The notes under the pieces are model-generated. The model did no database searches and was not told where the DNA came from. It saw nothing but the letters and a program-made list of their open reading frames with translations. A stretch of 64,000 bases of DNA from Octopus vulgaris (Eukaryota): assembly GCA_951406725.2 (NCBI GenBank), contig OX597815.1:153388001-153452000 (forward strand). The letters are read 5' to 3'. This document shows, piece after piece, positions 53,090 to 64,000 of this stretch; the first letter of the stretch is position 1; every line of letters begins with the position of its first letter. The translations under genes and the position numbers were made by a program.

Positions 53090-54260
53090 GTTAGGAGAGA
53101 AGTTAATCTAGCTGTCTTTAATGTCAGGGTAGTTGATGTGACACCGTGTGAGACAGGATTTGGCCTTGATCAGAGAGAAGGATTTGGTTGTTAAGAGAAA
53201 CAGTTTCTCTTTCAGAGAGAAAGGTTGATTGTATGATGCTGCATAGAAGTGAAATGTGGGCCTTGAATGCAAAGGATTTGCAAAAGTTAGACAGAAATGA
53301 TCATGTTCTGTTTGATTTGTAATATTAGTGTATAAGAAAAGGCAGGAAGCTGGCAGAATTGTTTGTTAGCACACTAGGCAAATAGCCTAGTGGCATTTTG
53401 TCCATCTTCACGTTCAAATTCCATCGAGGTTAACTTTGCCTTTTATCCTTTCAGGGTCAATAAAATAAGTACCAGTTAAACACTGGGGTTGAAGTAATTG
53501 ACTTACTCTTTTCCTTAAACCTGCTGGCCTTGTGCCAAAATTTGAAAGCAATAGTTTCATAGTTACGAGGGGGCCTGAACTGGCAGAATTATTAGCATGC
53601 TGGAAACCAATATTAGCGTACTCTCGGAGTGGTTGGCGTTAGGAAGGGCATCCAGCTGTAGAAACTCTGCCAGATCAAGATTGGAGCCTGGTGTAGCCAT
53701 CTGGTTCGCCGGTCCTCAGTCAAATCGTCCAACCCATGCTAGCATGGAAAGAGGACATATGATGATGATGAAAAGGTGACGAGGTGGCAGAATCATTAGC
53801 ATGCCAGGCAAAATGCTTTGTGTCATTTCATCCAACTTCATGTTCTGAGTTCAAATTCTGCCAATATCAACCTTGCCCTTCATTTTTTCAGGGTTGATAA
53901 AATAAGCGCCAGCTGAGCACTGAGGTTGATGTAATCACATAGCTCTTGTGCCAATAGAAAGGAATATTATTGTTTATGAAAGATCAAGCACAAATGAACT
54001 GAAGGAAAATCTAGATACAAGAAGAATCTGATGTAGTGTGCAAGAGAAGACTGCATTGATGATATTTATGGAAGGTATCAACTGTATAAAGAAGTGTTGA
54101 GTGTTCGATATGGATGGAGCCTATGAGAGACACAAGACTAAGTGGTGAAAACTGATATAAAGAAGCTGAACATCTTGGAGGAAATGACAAAGGGAAATGG
54201 TGAGTAGTGACATATGGTGCCAGAGAAGACACATCTATCCATGCAAGTATGGTGAAATAT
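53090..54260 (+). mobile_element. Old RTE fragment split by nested SINE B, family C and SINE B insertions
   Basis: RTE-like remnants at ~53090-53340 and ~53975-54260. SINE B at ~53340-53550 and ~53773-53960. Family C at ~53620-53770. Confidence 0.6.
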
Positions 54261-55750
54261 ATTATAAAACAGTGGAGGCTGAGAAGTATAATATATCTAT
54301 ATTTGAATATCTCACCCATTAAATTCCTGTTAAGTCTCCATTTGCTTCCCTCAGTCCCACTTCTTTATCATTCCCCTTCTCTTCTATTCTCTGTACATTG
54401 TCACCCATGTAATGAAGGGTAGCATTGATCTGTCCATATTCAATTTTACATCATCCATATTACTACATCTCTCTCCCTCATAATGCATGTATTATGAAGG
54501 ATTTCATCAGATATATTGGTATCAAAAACAGCCTACCATCACAGTTCAGTACTGTGACCTCTCCCTCGCATTACTATTAACACTTATCCACCACTCTCTC
54601 TTACAATTATCCATCTCAATAACTATCCATCACTCCCTCTCTGCCCCTCACCAACAAACATGTAGCTATCATCACTACTTCTCTCCCATTTCTCCCTACT
54701 GTTACTGCCTCTTCCATTATTTTCTCCTCTACTATATGGTCACCTGAATCATTTCCATCCACCATACTCTCACTCACTACTTACAACCTAGTTTGTCTTC
54801 TGTCATTGCTCTTTTGTTTTCACCTCTTGGGACACATTGCTCTGAACAGAGAAAACATAGTAGTCTTGTCATGTAAAATTCAAGCTCACAAGTGCTGATG
54901 CCATGGCAAAATGCAAACAATACACTCTGCAAAATGATTGGCAACTGAGAGGTGACAATGTAGGGTTGGGGGCATGACAACCTACTTCCTGTAAGTGACA
55001 GAGATACAATCCCCTATATAAATGCCTTGTGATGTGCAAGCGAGATGGTGAGAGGTGTGTGTACATATATGCATACATACATACATATTTATACACACAC
55101 ATTGGACTATCACAGGTTTCTATCTAGCAAATTTCACTCACAAAGCATTTGTCAACCTAAGATTACAGCAGAAGACATTTGCCCAATGTTCAATCCTATG
55201 AGTGAAATTGAACCTGCAACAAAGTTATGAATCAAATTTCTTAACACACACCCATGCCAAAGTTTCCATCTATCAAATCCACTTACAAGACTTTCGTTGG
55301 CCCAATGCTATAGAAGACATTTGCCCAAGGTAATGCACAAGTGGGATTGAACCTGGAACCATGTGGTTGGGAAGCAAGCTTCTTACCACACAGCCACACC
55401 AGTTTGTTTACATTCCTGTAAATTAGCAGTTCAGAGAAATAGATTCATAGAATCAATATCAGGTTTAACAAAGTACTAGGTTTGATTCATTCAACTAAAA
55501 GTTCTTCAAAGTAGAGCCCCAGTACGGCTACAGTCTAATGACTTAACAAGTAAAAGCTAGAAGGAAAGACACACAAGATTTGGACCTCCATTGGAAAGTA
55601 GAAATTAAATTAGTAATAATGATTGACATATTTCTATTTCCAAATGGAGCATTCAAATATACATAACAAATAAATGAACCAATTAAATTTCATCATGGAA
55701 CAGTCAAAAGGAAAAGGTCATAATTATTCGTGATATAACTGACTACATAC

Positions 55751-55826
55751 CAATCTTTTTCTGCAATTCTGATGCTTTCTTTAAGGCTTTTATATGTGCA
55801 CCATTCTTTGCATGATTAGAATTCTC
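55751..55826 (-). CDS. FAM219A: FAM219-family protein, most 5' coding exon visible (ENSNHAKNGAHIKALKKASELQKKI-E)
   Basis: Minus strand reads tttcag|GAGAAT...AAGATTG|gtatgt. 76 nt, phase 0 to 1, joining in frame to exon 49699-49780. KASELQKKIE resembles KPSPLQVKLE of vertebrate FAM219A (recalled sequence). Confidence 0.85.
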
Positions 55827-56640
55827 CTGAAATAATGATACAAAAGATATTTTTTTAGTGCAAACCTTAAAGACAGTCAAAGTGATTTTGGACATAGTTC
55901 TATCAAATAGCACAACCACACAAATACTGAACTGAAAAACCAATAAATAAAATGAAAACAAAATGCATGAAGAAATAAGATAAATGATTAGTAATACAAA
56001 AATTTTAGTTTTGTTTCCATATAATTCCATTATATCTGAATAGTTTTTCAAATATTTACTTTATTTTACAAATGCAGCTTTCCATATTTCACTTTCTGCT
56101 TATCCACTGATGAACAGACAGAGCAATGATCAAATATTTAGCTTGACACTCAGAGAATGAGTTCACTGTTGTGATATTTCGGAAAATGTCCTTCAAAATA
56201 CAGTGGGAGAAAGAAGGGAGAAAAAAATGAAGAAAAAATAAATAAATGAGCAATCCAGATGAAAATGTCAATGCAGAACTAGTATACATGGCAGTATTGA
56301 ATATACATTTTAAACCCTACTTTAAATTTAGCTTTCCTATTGTTGTTTAGCCTCGGGTTAGTCTAGATTATGCAGACCTATAATCAAAGGCACTTTAGCT
56401 CTTACTATCCCATCATTACTCTAGGCATAGTATATCTAGTACTATATTATCCATTGTAACCTTCTGAAAGATGCTAGGGTATAATCTACAAAAGGTTTAA
56501 CTGTTATTTCTAGAAGATCAAGTGACCATGTATAGACATCCCAAAATTATAGCACAATCTGAATTAGAGATAACACATTTGGAAAACTGAATGTCTATTA
56601 TTTGAATTAAGTTGGGTCATATATATATATATATATATAT

Positions 56641-57910
56641 ATCATCATCATTGCCATTTAACGTCCACTTTCCATGCTGGCATTGGTTGGATGGTTTGAC
56701 TGAAGACTGGTGAGCCAAAAGGCTGCACCAGGCTCCAATCTCATCTGGCAAAGTTTCTAGAGCTGAATGCCCTTCCTAATGCCAACCACTCCACGAGTGT
56801 AGTGGGTGCTTTTACATGCCACTGGCATGTGGGCCAGTTAGGTGGTACTGGCAACGACCATGCTCAAGGTGTTTTTTATGTGTCACCTGTATGGGAGCCA
56901 GTCCAGCGGCAATGGCAACAATCACGCTCGAATATTGTTTTTCACATACCACCGGTACAAGTGCCAGTAAGGTAACGCTGGCAATGATCACGCTCGAATG
57001 GTACTTTTAACGTTCCACTAGCACGAGTGCCAATCAGGCGGTACTGTCATCAGCCATATCAGTGATTTTGATTTCATTTGCCTGAACAGGTCATCACAAG
57101 CAAAGTTTATTGTCCAATGAATGAAGGGTACTCATAAGTGGGCTGGTTATACACCACTGGCATAGGCCACGGGTTATGGTCTCACTTGGTTTGTTGGATC
57201 TTCTCAAGTACAGCATATCTCCAAAGGTCTCAGTCACAAGTCATTGCCTCGCTGAGGCCCAATGTTCGAAGGCCGTGCTTCACCACCTCATCCCAAGTCT
57301 TCCTGGGTCTACCTCTTCCACAGGTTCCCTCAACTGCTAGGGTGTGACACATTTTCACACAGCTGTCCTCATCCATTCGCAACACATGACCATTCCAGTG
57401 CAGTCGTCTCTCTTGCACACCACATCTGATGCTTCTTAAGTCCAACTTTTCTCTCAGGTGCTTACACTCTGTCATGTATGCACACTGACATTACACATCC
57501 AGCAGAGCATACTGGCTTCATTCTTTGCAAGCTCACGCATATCTTCAGCAGTCACAGCCAATGTTTCACTGCCGTGTAGCATGGCTGTTTGCACACATGC
57601 ATCGTACAGCCTACCTTTTACTCTGAGTGAGAGGCCCTTTGCCACTGGCAGAGGTAGGAGCTCTCTAAACTTTGCCCAGGCTATTCTTATTCTAGCAGCT
57701 ACACTTTCAGAGCACCCCCCTACTGACACCTAGGTAACGGAAGCTATCAACTACTTGTAGTTTTTCTCCCGGGAAAGTGACGGGAGTTGTTTTCTGCAGA
57801 TTTTCAGTGTTTATTGCTCCTGAGCATTTGCCACATACTAAAACTATCTTCCCAGTTAGCCTTCCTTTGATATTGCTGCACCTCTCATGTGTCCATAGCT
57901 TACACAGGGT
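56641..57910 (-). mobile_element. 5'-truncated RTE LINE: ORF remnant plus 3' UTR with four modules
   Basis: ORFs 57472-57729 (RIRIAWAKFRELLP...YDACVQTAMLHGSET) and 57230-57475 (RRLHWNGHVLRMDED...GRGRPRKTWDEVVK). The (ATG)n tail abuts a TA run. Confidence 0.9.
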
Positions 57911-58127
57911 GTGTTTTTTTTTTTTTTATCAGATTGTTTATATACACACATATCAGGAATAAAACAGCTTGAGATGTAGATTGGATAAAATAAATTAATG
58001 CTGCATAAGAATATTTTGCTTGCTGATTATAACCCATTTTCTTGCATAAATCATGTACATGCATTGCAATATGTTAATTTTCCTTGTACCCTTATTGCCA
58101 ACTTATGCCACCAGATTTATTTTAGAT

Positions 58128-58300
58128 CATAGTCCTCAACCATTGGGCTAAGGACCATTTGGTACTAGGCCACACAGAAAGAAAATTTAAAATCTTATTT
58201 CTGCTTTATTGACTATCACACTCTGCATTTTTTCCCCTAGAAAAATTGTCTGTGGTGCACTGCAGACCAGTTTCATGCAAGACAATATAAGGACCATTGT
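58128..58300. mobile_element. Possible degraded hAT (Charlie/MER5-like) MITE
   Basis: Ends CATAGTCCTCAACC ... AAGGACCATTG loosely resemble CAGTGGTCCCCAACC ... GGGGACCACTG termini. Confidence 0.35.
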
Positions 58301-58501
58301 TTTAGATAATGATTGATGTATACACACAAAGCGGTATCACTGAGTAGTTGAGAATTTCACTTCCAAAACATGGTTCTGGGTTCAATCCCATTGAGTGGTA
58401 CCTTGGGCAAGTGTCTCTGACTAAAAGCCCAAGCCAACAAAAGCATTGTGAGTGGATTTGGTGAACAGAAACTGAAAGGAGCTCAGCATATCTCTTTTTT
58501 T

Positions 58502-58545
<44 letters not shown>

Positions 58546-60166
58546 AGTGTGTGCCACTTCCTCTTCACATCACACAATAGTTGTGAGTGTTACTGCCCTA
58601 CAAGTGATGTCATTCATTTCTGGCCTTTTGTGAAAAGACATCTGGCTAAGGGGAAATGAGAGTTAGTGACAAGGACATCTGGCTGTAGAAAATCTGTCTC
58701 AATGAATACCATCTGACTCTTGCAAGAAAGGAAAATTGGAAGTTAAAACAATGATCATGATATATATATATATATATATACATGTATGCATATATGTGTG
58801 TGTGCATGTGTGCATGTATGTATTATTACTATCTTAACAGCCACTTTTCTATGCCTACATGAAATTCAATGAGGCAGATTTTCTGCAGCCAGTTGTCTTT
58901 ACTGTCATCAACTCTCATCTACTTCCAAGCAGTATAATATTTCCATGTAGCCAGACATGCTTCCATGGAAAATTGGAAAGGAATAACACAATTTGTATGA
59001 TGATGACACTATTAGAGTTGTCAAGAGAATAACACACATAATCATCATTGTCATCAATATTTAAAGTCCATTTTCCATGCTGGTATGGGTTGGATGGCTT
59101 GACAGGAACTGGCAAAGACAGGGCCCACACTACATTCCATAGTTTGTTTTCACTTGATTTCTACAGCTGGATGCCCTTCCTATCGCCAACCACGTTACAG
59201 AGTGTACTGGATGATTTTTACATGGCAGCAGCACCCACATCAATGCTTTTTATGTAGCACCTTGGTTTTCGGATATCAATTCTGCTGTGGTGGGCAGGTC
59301 TTCTTGGTTACAACAATGTATCACATATCTCAGTCCTCTGTCATCAGCTTTGTAAGACTCAGCATTTTGAGATGAGCCTTCAATACTTTGTTCCACTCTT
59401 CCTGGGACTCCCTCTTCCACAACTTCCCTCCAAACACACACTCACACAAGGATTCTTTTAGTTTCCATCTACCAAATCCACTTACTATTACTATAGCCCA
59501 GAGCTATAGTAAAAGACACTTGCCCAAAGTGTTCTGCAGTGGGACTGAGCCCCAAAACAGACAACTGGAAAACAAATTTTACACAACCATGCCTACAAAA
59601 GTTCACATATGAATATACTAAGTTGTAAGCAGCAATTTAATCATAAAAGAAAATGAAAGTAAAATTCAAAAGATAATTGCAGTTGAGGGGATAAAACAAG
59701 TACCAGTAATACACAGGAGTTGACTACATCTTCCTGGTACAAAAGCTGGTTTTAAGAAGGAAATCAATATTATATATTATAAAATTGTATTTATGCATTG
59801 TGTGGGTGTTCAAAAACTGAAAAACAGGAAGGAAAAAAAAGAGAGAAATGGAGAGAGGGGGAGGGAGAGAGAGAGACCAAATGGTGTTATCAGATAAATT
59901 TACTGAGATGACATTCAGTCAGATGACAACATGAAATGACAAGGGGCATATCACATGACCAACAGACAACAGAGGAAAACACTATTTTGTTCTTAATTCA
60001 ACTAGCTGTCATATGCAGCCTGTATGGTTCCAATGACAATGAACAGAGAGAGAGAGAGAATCGAGGAATATTGATCTGAAAGGCTGAATAATGGAGTGGA
60101 TTTTCCAAGCTCAATGCAGGAATTGAACTAACCACTGCAAATATCTAGATTATATATACGTATATA

Positions 60167-61411
60167 TCAGGTCATCCCATAAGTTCTGTCCAGTTTTACC
60201 TTTGTTAGAATTGAATGAAATGTAAAAGTATTTTAGAATGTCTAATGGAATTAAAAATTATTTTTATGCATTTGTGTACATTTAAACTAATTAAATATTA
60301 TTTTATAGAATAATAGAATTAAAATTTCTTTGATTAAATCCCTTTCAAACATGGAAGTATCCAAAGAGCATATGAGGCACATAATGCTTTATGAGTACAA
60401 AATAAGAAATTCTGCAGCCAAAGCAATTTGAAACATACACTCAGTTTATGGGAAAGAATGCTTGAATGAAAGAACTTGCAGAAGATGGTTTTCAAAATTC
60501 AGAAGTGGAGATTTCAACCTTGAAGATGAAGATCAAACAGGATGTCCAGTTGAGTTTGAGGATAAGCTCCTTGAGGCATTACTTGAAGAAAATCCTGCAT
60601 TATCAGTTGAAGAATTGGCAATAAACAACTTGGACAGGTTCCTAAACTTGGAAAATGGGTGCCTCATGAATTGTCCAAAAGCAACCGCAAATCCCGAATA
60701 GACATCTGCCCTTCTCTCCATTCTCGCGAACTCATTTCACCCTTTTTGGATAGACTTATGACTGATGATGAAAAATAGATCTTCTATCGAAATGTTAAAC
60801 ATCATAAACAGTGGTTTGGTAAAATGGAAAAAGCTCAACCACAACCAAGAAGGGAACTTCATGGAGAAAAAGTTCTCTCTATCTGGAGGGATTGCAAAGG
60901 AGTAATTCACTTTAAACTGTTGCCACCTAATGCAATAATCAATGCTCAAGTCTACTGTCAGCAATTAGAGTGCTTGAACCAAGCTTTGGAGAAAAAAAGA
61001 CCCGCTTTAGTGAATCGAAAAGGAGTGATTTTTCATCAGGACAATGCACGACCCCACACTGCAAAGATCACAGCACAGAAGATCGAAGAACTTGATTGGG
61101 AAAAAATTCCTCATCAACCTTATTCTCCCGACCTTGCCCCTTCAGACTACCATTTGTTTCATAGTTTACAGAATCATTTGGGGGACATAACTTTCACAAG
61201 CCAGGAGGAGGTCAAAACTGACATTTCAGAGTTCTTTGCTTTGAAAACAAAAGAGTTTTACATTGATGGGATTAAAAAGCTTGTAAATAGATGGAAGGAA
61301 GTCACAGATAATCAGGGAAAGTACATTGATGACTAAATTTCAATTAACTATAACATTTGATCACTTGTTTTCTTTATTCAAAATTCAGACAGAACTTATG
61401 GGATGACCTGA
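60167..61411 (+). mobile_element. Full-length mariner (DD34D) transposon, 1245 bp, inserted in (TA)n
   Basis: Perfect 24-bp TIRs TCAGGTCATCCCATAAGTTCTGTC and GACAGAACTTATGGGATGACCTGA, with TA on both flanks. Confidence 0.95.
60351..61336 (+). pseudogene. Mariner transposase pseudogene
   Basis: ATG at 60351 (MEVSKEHMRHIMLYE...AKAI*), then RRWFSKFRSGDFNLED, WVPHEL, TDDEK*, HQDNARPH and YSPDLAPSDYHLF. There are 34 residues between the 2nd and 3rd catalytic Asp. In-frame stops and frameshifts are present. Confidence 0.93.
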
Positions 61412-62709
61412 TATATATATATATATATGATGGTAGGGCAGTGGAATAGTGAAAACGCGTACCACATCAAATACTTTACAGTTGAAGTTTGAATAAAGCT
61501 GGTGGAGATTTTTGCCTTTTTTCTCACCTTGGTTAATAAAATAAATCCTAGGTATGGCATTGGCTTTCTTACAATATGGTCGCCAATCTTTATCTCACAA
61601 CATGGGACGCTAGGCAAATGTCTTCTACAGTAACCTCAGGCTGACTAATGTCTTGGGTGTAGAATAGGCAGATGGAAACAGTTTAGAAGCCTAATATATA
61701 TGTGTATGTGTGTGTGATGTGTATTCCATGTCCTCACAGAAAACACATTGAACAAAAAAATGGTGATATTTGTTGACATCCCCTTTCAAAGGTAACTGGC
61801 ATTAAAAAAAAATCCATTTTCCTGAAATATAATTAAGAGGGACTAGACTGGAAGGGCATTGGCTGTAAAACATTGCAACAATACCTCAATACACACTCAT
61901 CTAACCCATGCTAGCATGGAGAAAAAAAGCATAAGCAAACACATCTCTCTTACAAATCCACAGCTTTGTGTCAATCAATATTTATGTATGCTACTTTAGA
62001 TACAAGATTCTGGAGAAAACACATCCATAAACTGTAAGAGTATTATTTCTGACTAATAATATTTAGATAGCATATAAATTGGGATATTCATAGAATAACA
62101 GTTTGACATTATTTCTTTAGCACAGATAACAATAGATAATAAAGTCACTTAAAATCCAGATGTTGAATTTTAATGTCAGTATTAACACAATTTAGTGTTG
62201 GTTGGTGTAACTGCAATTCATCATTTCCAAATCTCGCTTTTTTTCTTTATTGACATTGTTAAAATCCTTTCGAGAAAGATAGGAATGTCACTAATTTCTT
62301 TACTTCCATCCATTCATGACTTCCTAATTTTGGCACAAGGCCAGCAATTTTGAGGGAAGGGTAAGTTGATTACTTTGACCCTGGTGCTCAACTAGTAGTG
62401 TAACAATTTGACTAACTGTTGTACTAATGCAGGAAATCACTATTCTATACTTTTCAGTGAAAAAATTCAGAACATCATACAATCTCAGCATGTTGACTTG
62501 ATTTTGCATAAAATTCCTTTGTGTTTTGAGACCAAATCTTACTGAAGGTATTTTTTATACTAGAATGGACCAATAAAAAGAATACTAGGCTGACTTGATT
62601 TCCAATTCTTTATTCTTTCTTTTACTTGTTTCAGCCATTTGACTGTGGCCATGCTGGAGCACTGCCTTTAGTCAAACAAATCAACCCCAGGACTTATTCT
62701 TTCTAACAT

Positions 62710-64000
62710 TATTTTCAAGCCAGATTGTATTAGCTTTGAGTCTCTACATCTATACAGGAAAGTGAGATGGTTTGAAAGACAAGCTACTTTTTGATGGAGT
62801 TTCTCTAGGTCTCCACTGAATTCTAATGTTGGCTCTGTACCGATTAGATAATACAATACTATATCAAAGAGAGGTTATCTTCATTACTTAGGAAAATAAC
62901 CAGAGATGATGATAAAAAGAGAATCAAACAAGATCTAGAAAAGTCATACATGAAAGAATTTGAAATGGTGAAGACATGCCAGATTAAGAAGTTTATGAAA
63001 CTCAAAAGTCAGAGAATGAAAACTGAAGTTCATCACCCACCTGTGGAAGCAGTAATTAATCTAAGTAGCCGACATCTAGAAAGTTCTGAAGAAGCAGTAC
63101 TAAACAAAAGTCTCAACTTTGCAACAACCATCAAGCACATTCCATACTTGGACATAATAGCCCTTATTGAAGAGATAACTATAAAGATACCAAAATCTCA
63201 AGGAGATGAACTAAGGTGGAAAGTGAGACAGGTACTAGAAAAAGTGAAACTTCCCAAACCAAACATCACTAAGGAAGAAAAGTTCGCTATCAAAAGACTA
63301 CACAGTGACAATTCCATCATAATACTTCAAGCAGACAAGGGAAATGCTACAGTGGTGATGAACAAGTCTGACTACTCTGAAAAAATTGGCAAGTCTTATA
63401 AGTGATGGTAGCTGCAGCAGAGGAAAGAAAGACCCAACTCTGAAAACAGAGAGAAAGTTGTCACAGATCTTGATCAAGAACAAAGATCACTTTACACCAA
63501 TGAAGTACAGACAACTGACTCAACACTACAGTAAACTACTGCACATGTATGGTCTAAGATTCACAAGGATGCTATTCCATTAAGACCTATAGTGAGCTGT
63601 AGAGGTTCAGCATGTCATCCACTGAGCCACTTCTTTGTAGATATAATCAGTCCATTAGCAGGAAAGTCAACATCGTACGTGAAGAATTCCACTCACTTCA
63701 CAGAATTGATCAAGGATACCCCCATTGAATCCAACAAGATGGTGAGTCTAGATGTGATAAGCCTGTTCACCAAAGTCCCAACTGGTGATTCAAGACAAAC
63801 TAGTGAAAGACACCCATCTAAAAGAACGCACTAGTATACCAATAAAAAACCTGATGGAAATGTTGACCTTCTGTGTAGAAACTACCTACTTCAGTATGGA
63901 CACTGATATATATCAGCAAGAGGGTTTAGCTATGGGTTCACCATTATCACTGATAATAGCCAATATATACATGGAATACTTTGAGAATTTGGCTTTATGA
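62710..64000 (+). mobile_element. Penelope-like element (PLE) reverse transcriptase, frameshifted and truncated by the window end
   Basis: Motifs VINLS...LNKSLNFA, ADKGNATVVMNKSDY, PLRPIVS, MVSLDVISLFTKVP and GLAMGSPLSLIIANIYMEYFE spread across ORFs 62950-64000. Confidence 0.9.

Noticed and set aside
61396-61617. Phase-0 donor (AAG|GTGAGA near 61527) as a candidate first exon of FAM219
   Set aside because: The upstream frame runs into a degraded SINE A head and shows no FAM219 similarity.
62500-64000. Hammerhead ribozyme associated with the Penelope-like element
   Set aside because: No CTGANGA...GAAA core with flanking stems was found by eye near the element. The element's 3' part lies outside the window.

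Overview
AT-rich, microsatellite-dense animal genomic DNA. The SINE/LINE families and repeat style strongly suggest an octopus (coleoid cephalopod); this is inferred, not proven. One protein-coding gene can be reconstructed on the minus strand: a FAM219A/B homologue with four coding exons (55751-55826, 49699-49780, 36053-36133, 27387-27573). They splice in frame through GT-AG introns to a 141-aa partial protein ending in a CaaX box (CALQ). Its first coding exon was not found and probably lies beyond the right edge. The rest is mostly transposon-derived: tRNA-derived SINEs of at least three families, RTE and CR1 LINE fragments, a full-length but dead DD34D mariner with perfect TIRs, maT-like and pogo/Tigger remnants, several MITEs, a Helentron/DINE-1-like element and a Penelope-like RT running off the right end. 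The most unusual observations are: (i) tandem ~65-nt structured modules (hairpin plus putative pseudoknot) in the 3' UTR of an RTE family; (ii) several long foldback structures in FAM219 introns; (iii) a sharp CpG-rich to CpG-poor transition near 11 kb; (iv) a probable assembly artefact at 16.3-17.7 kb. Nearly all short ORFs in the supplied track are repeat artefacts. All calls were made by eye, with no database searches, and the boundaries of degraded repeats are approximate.
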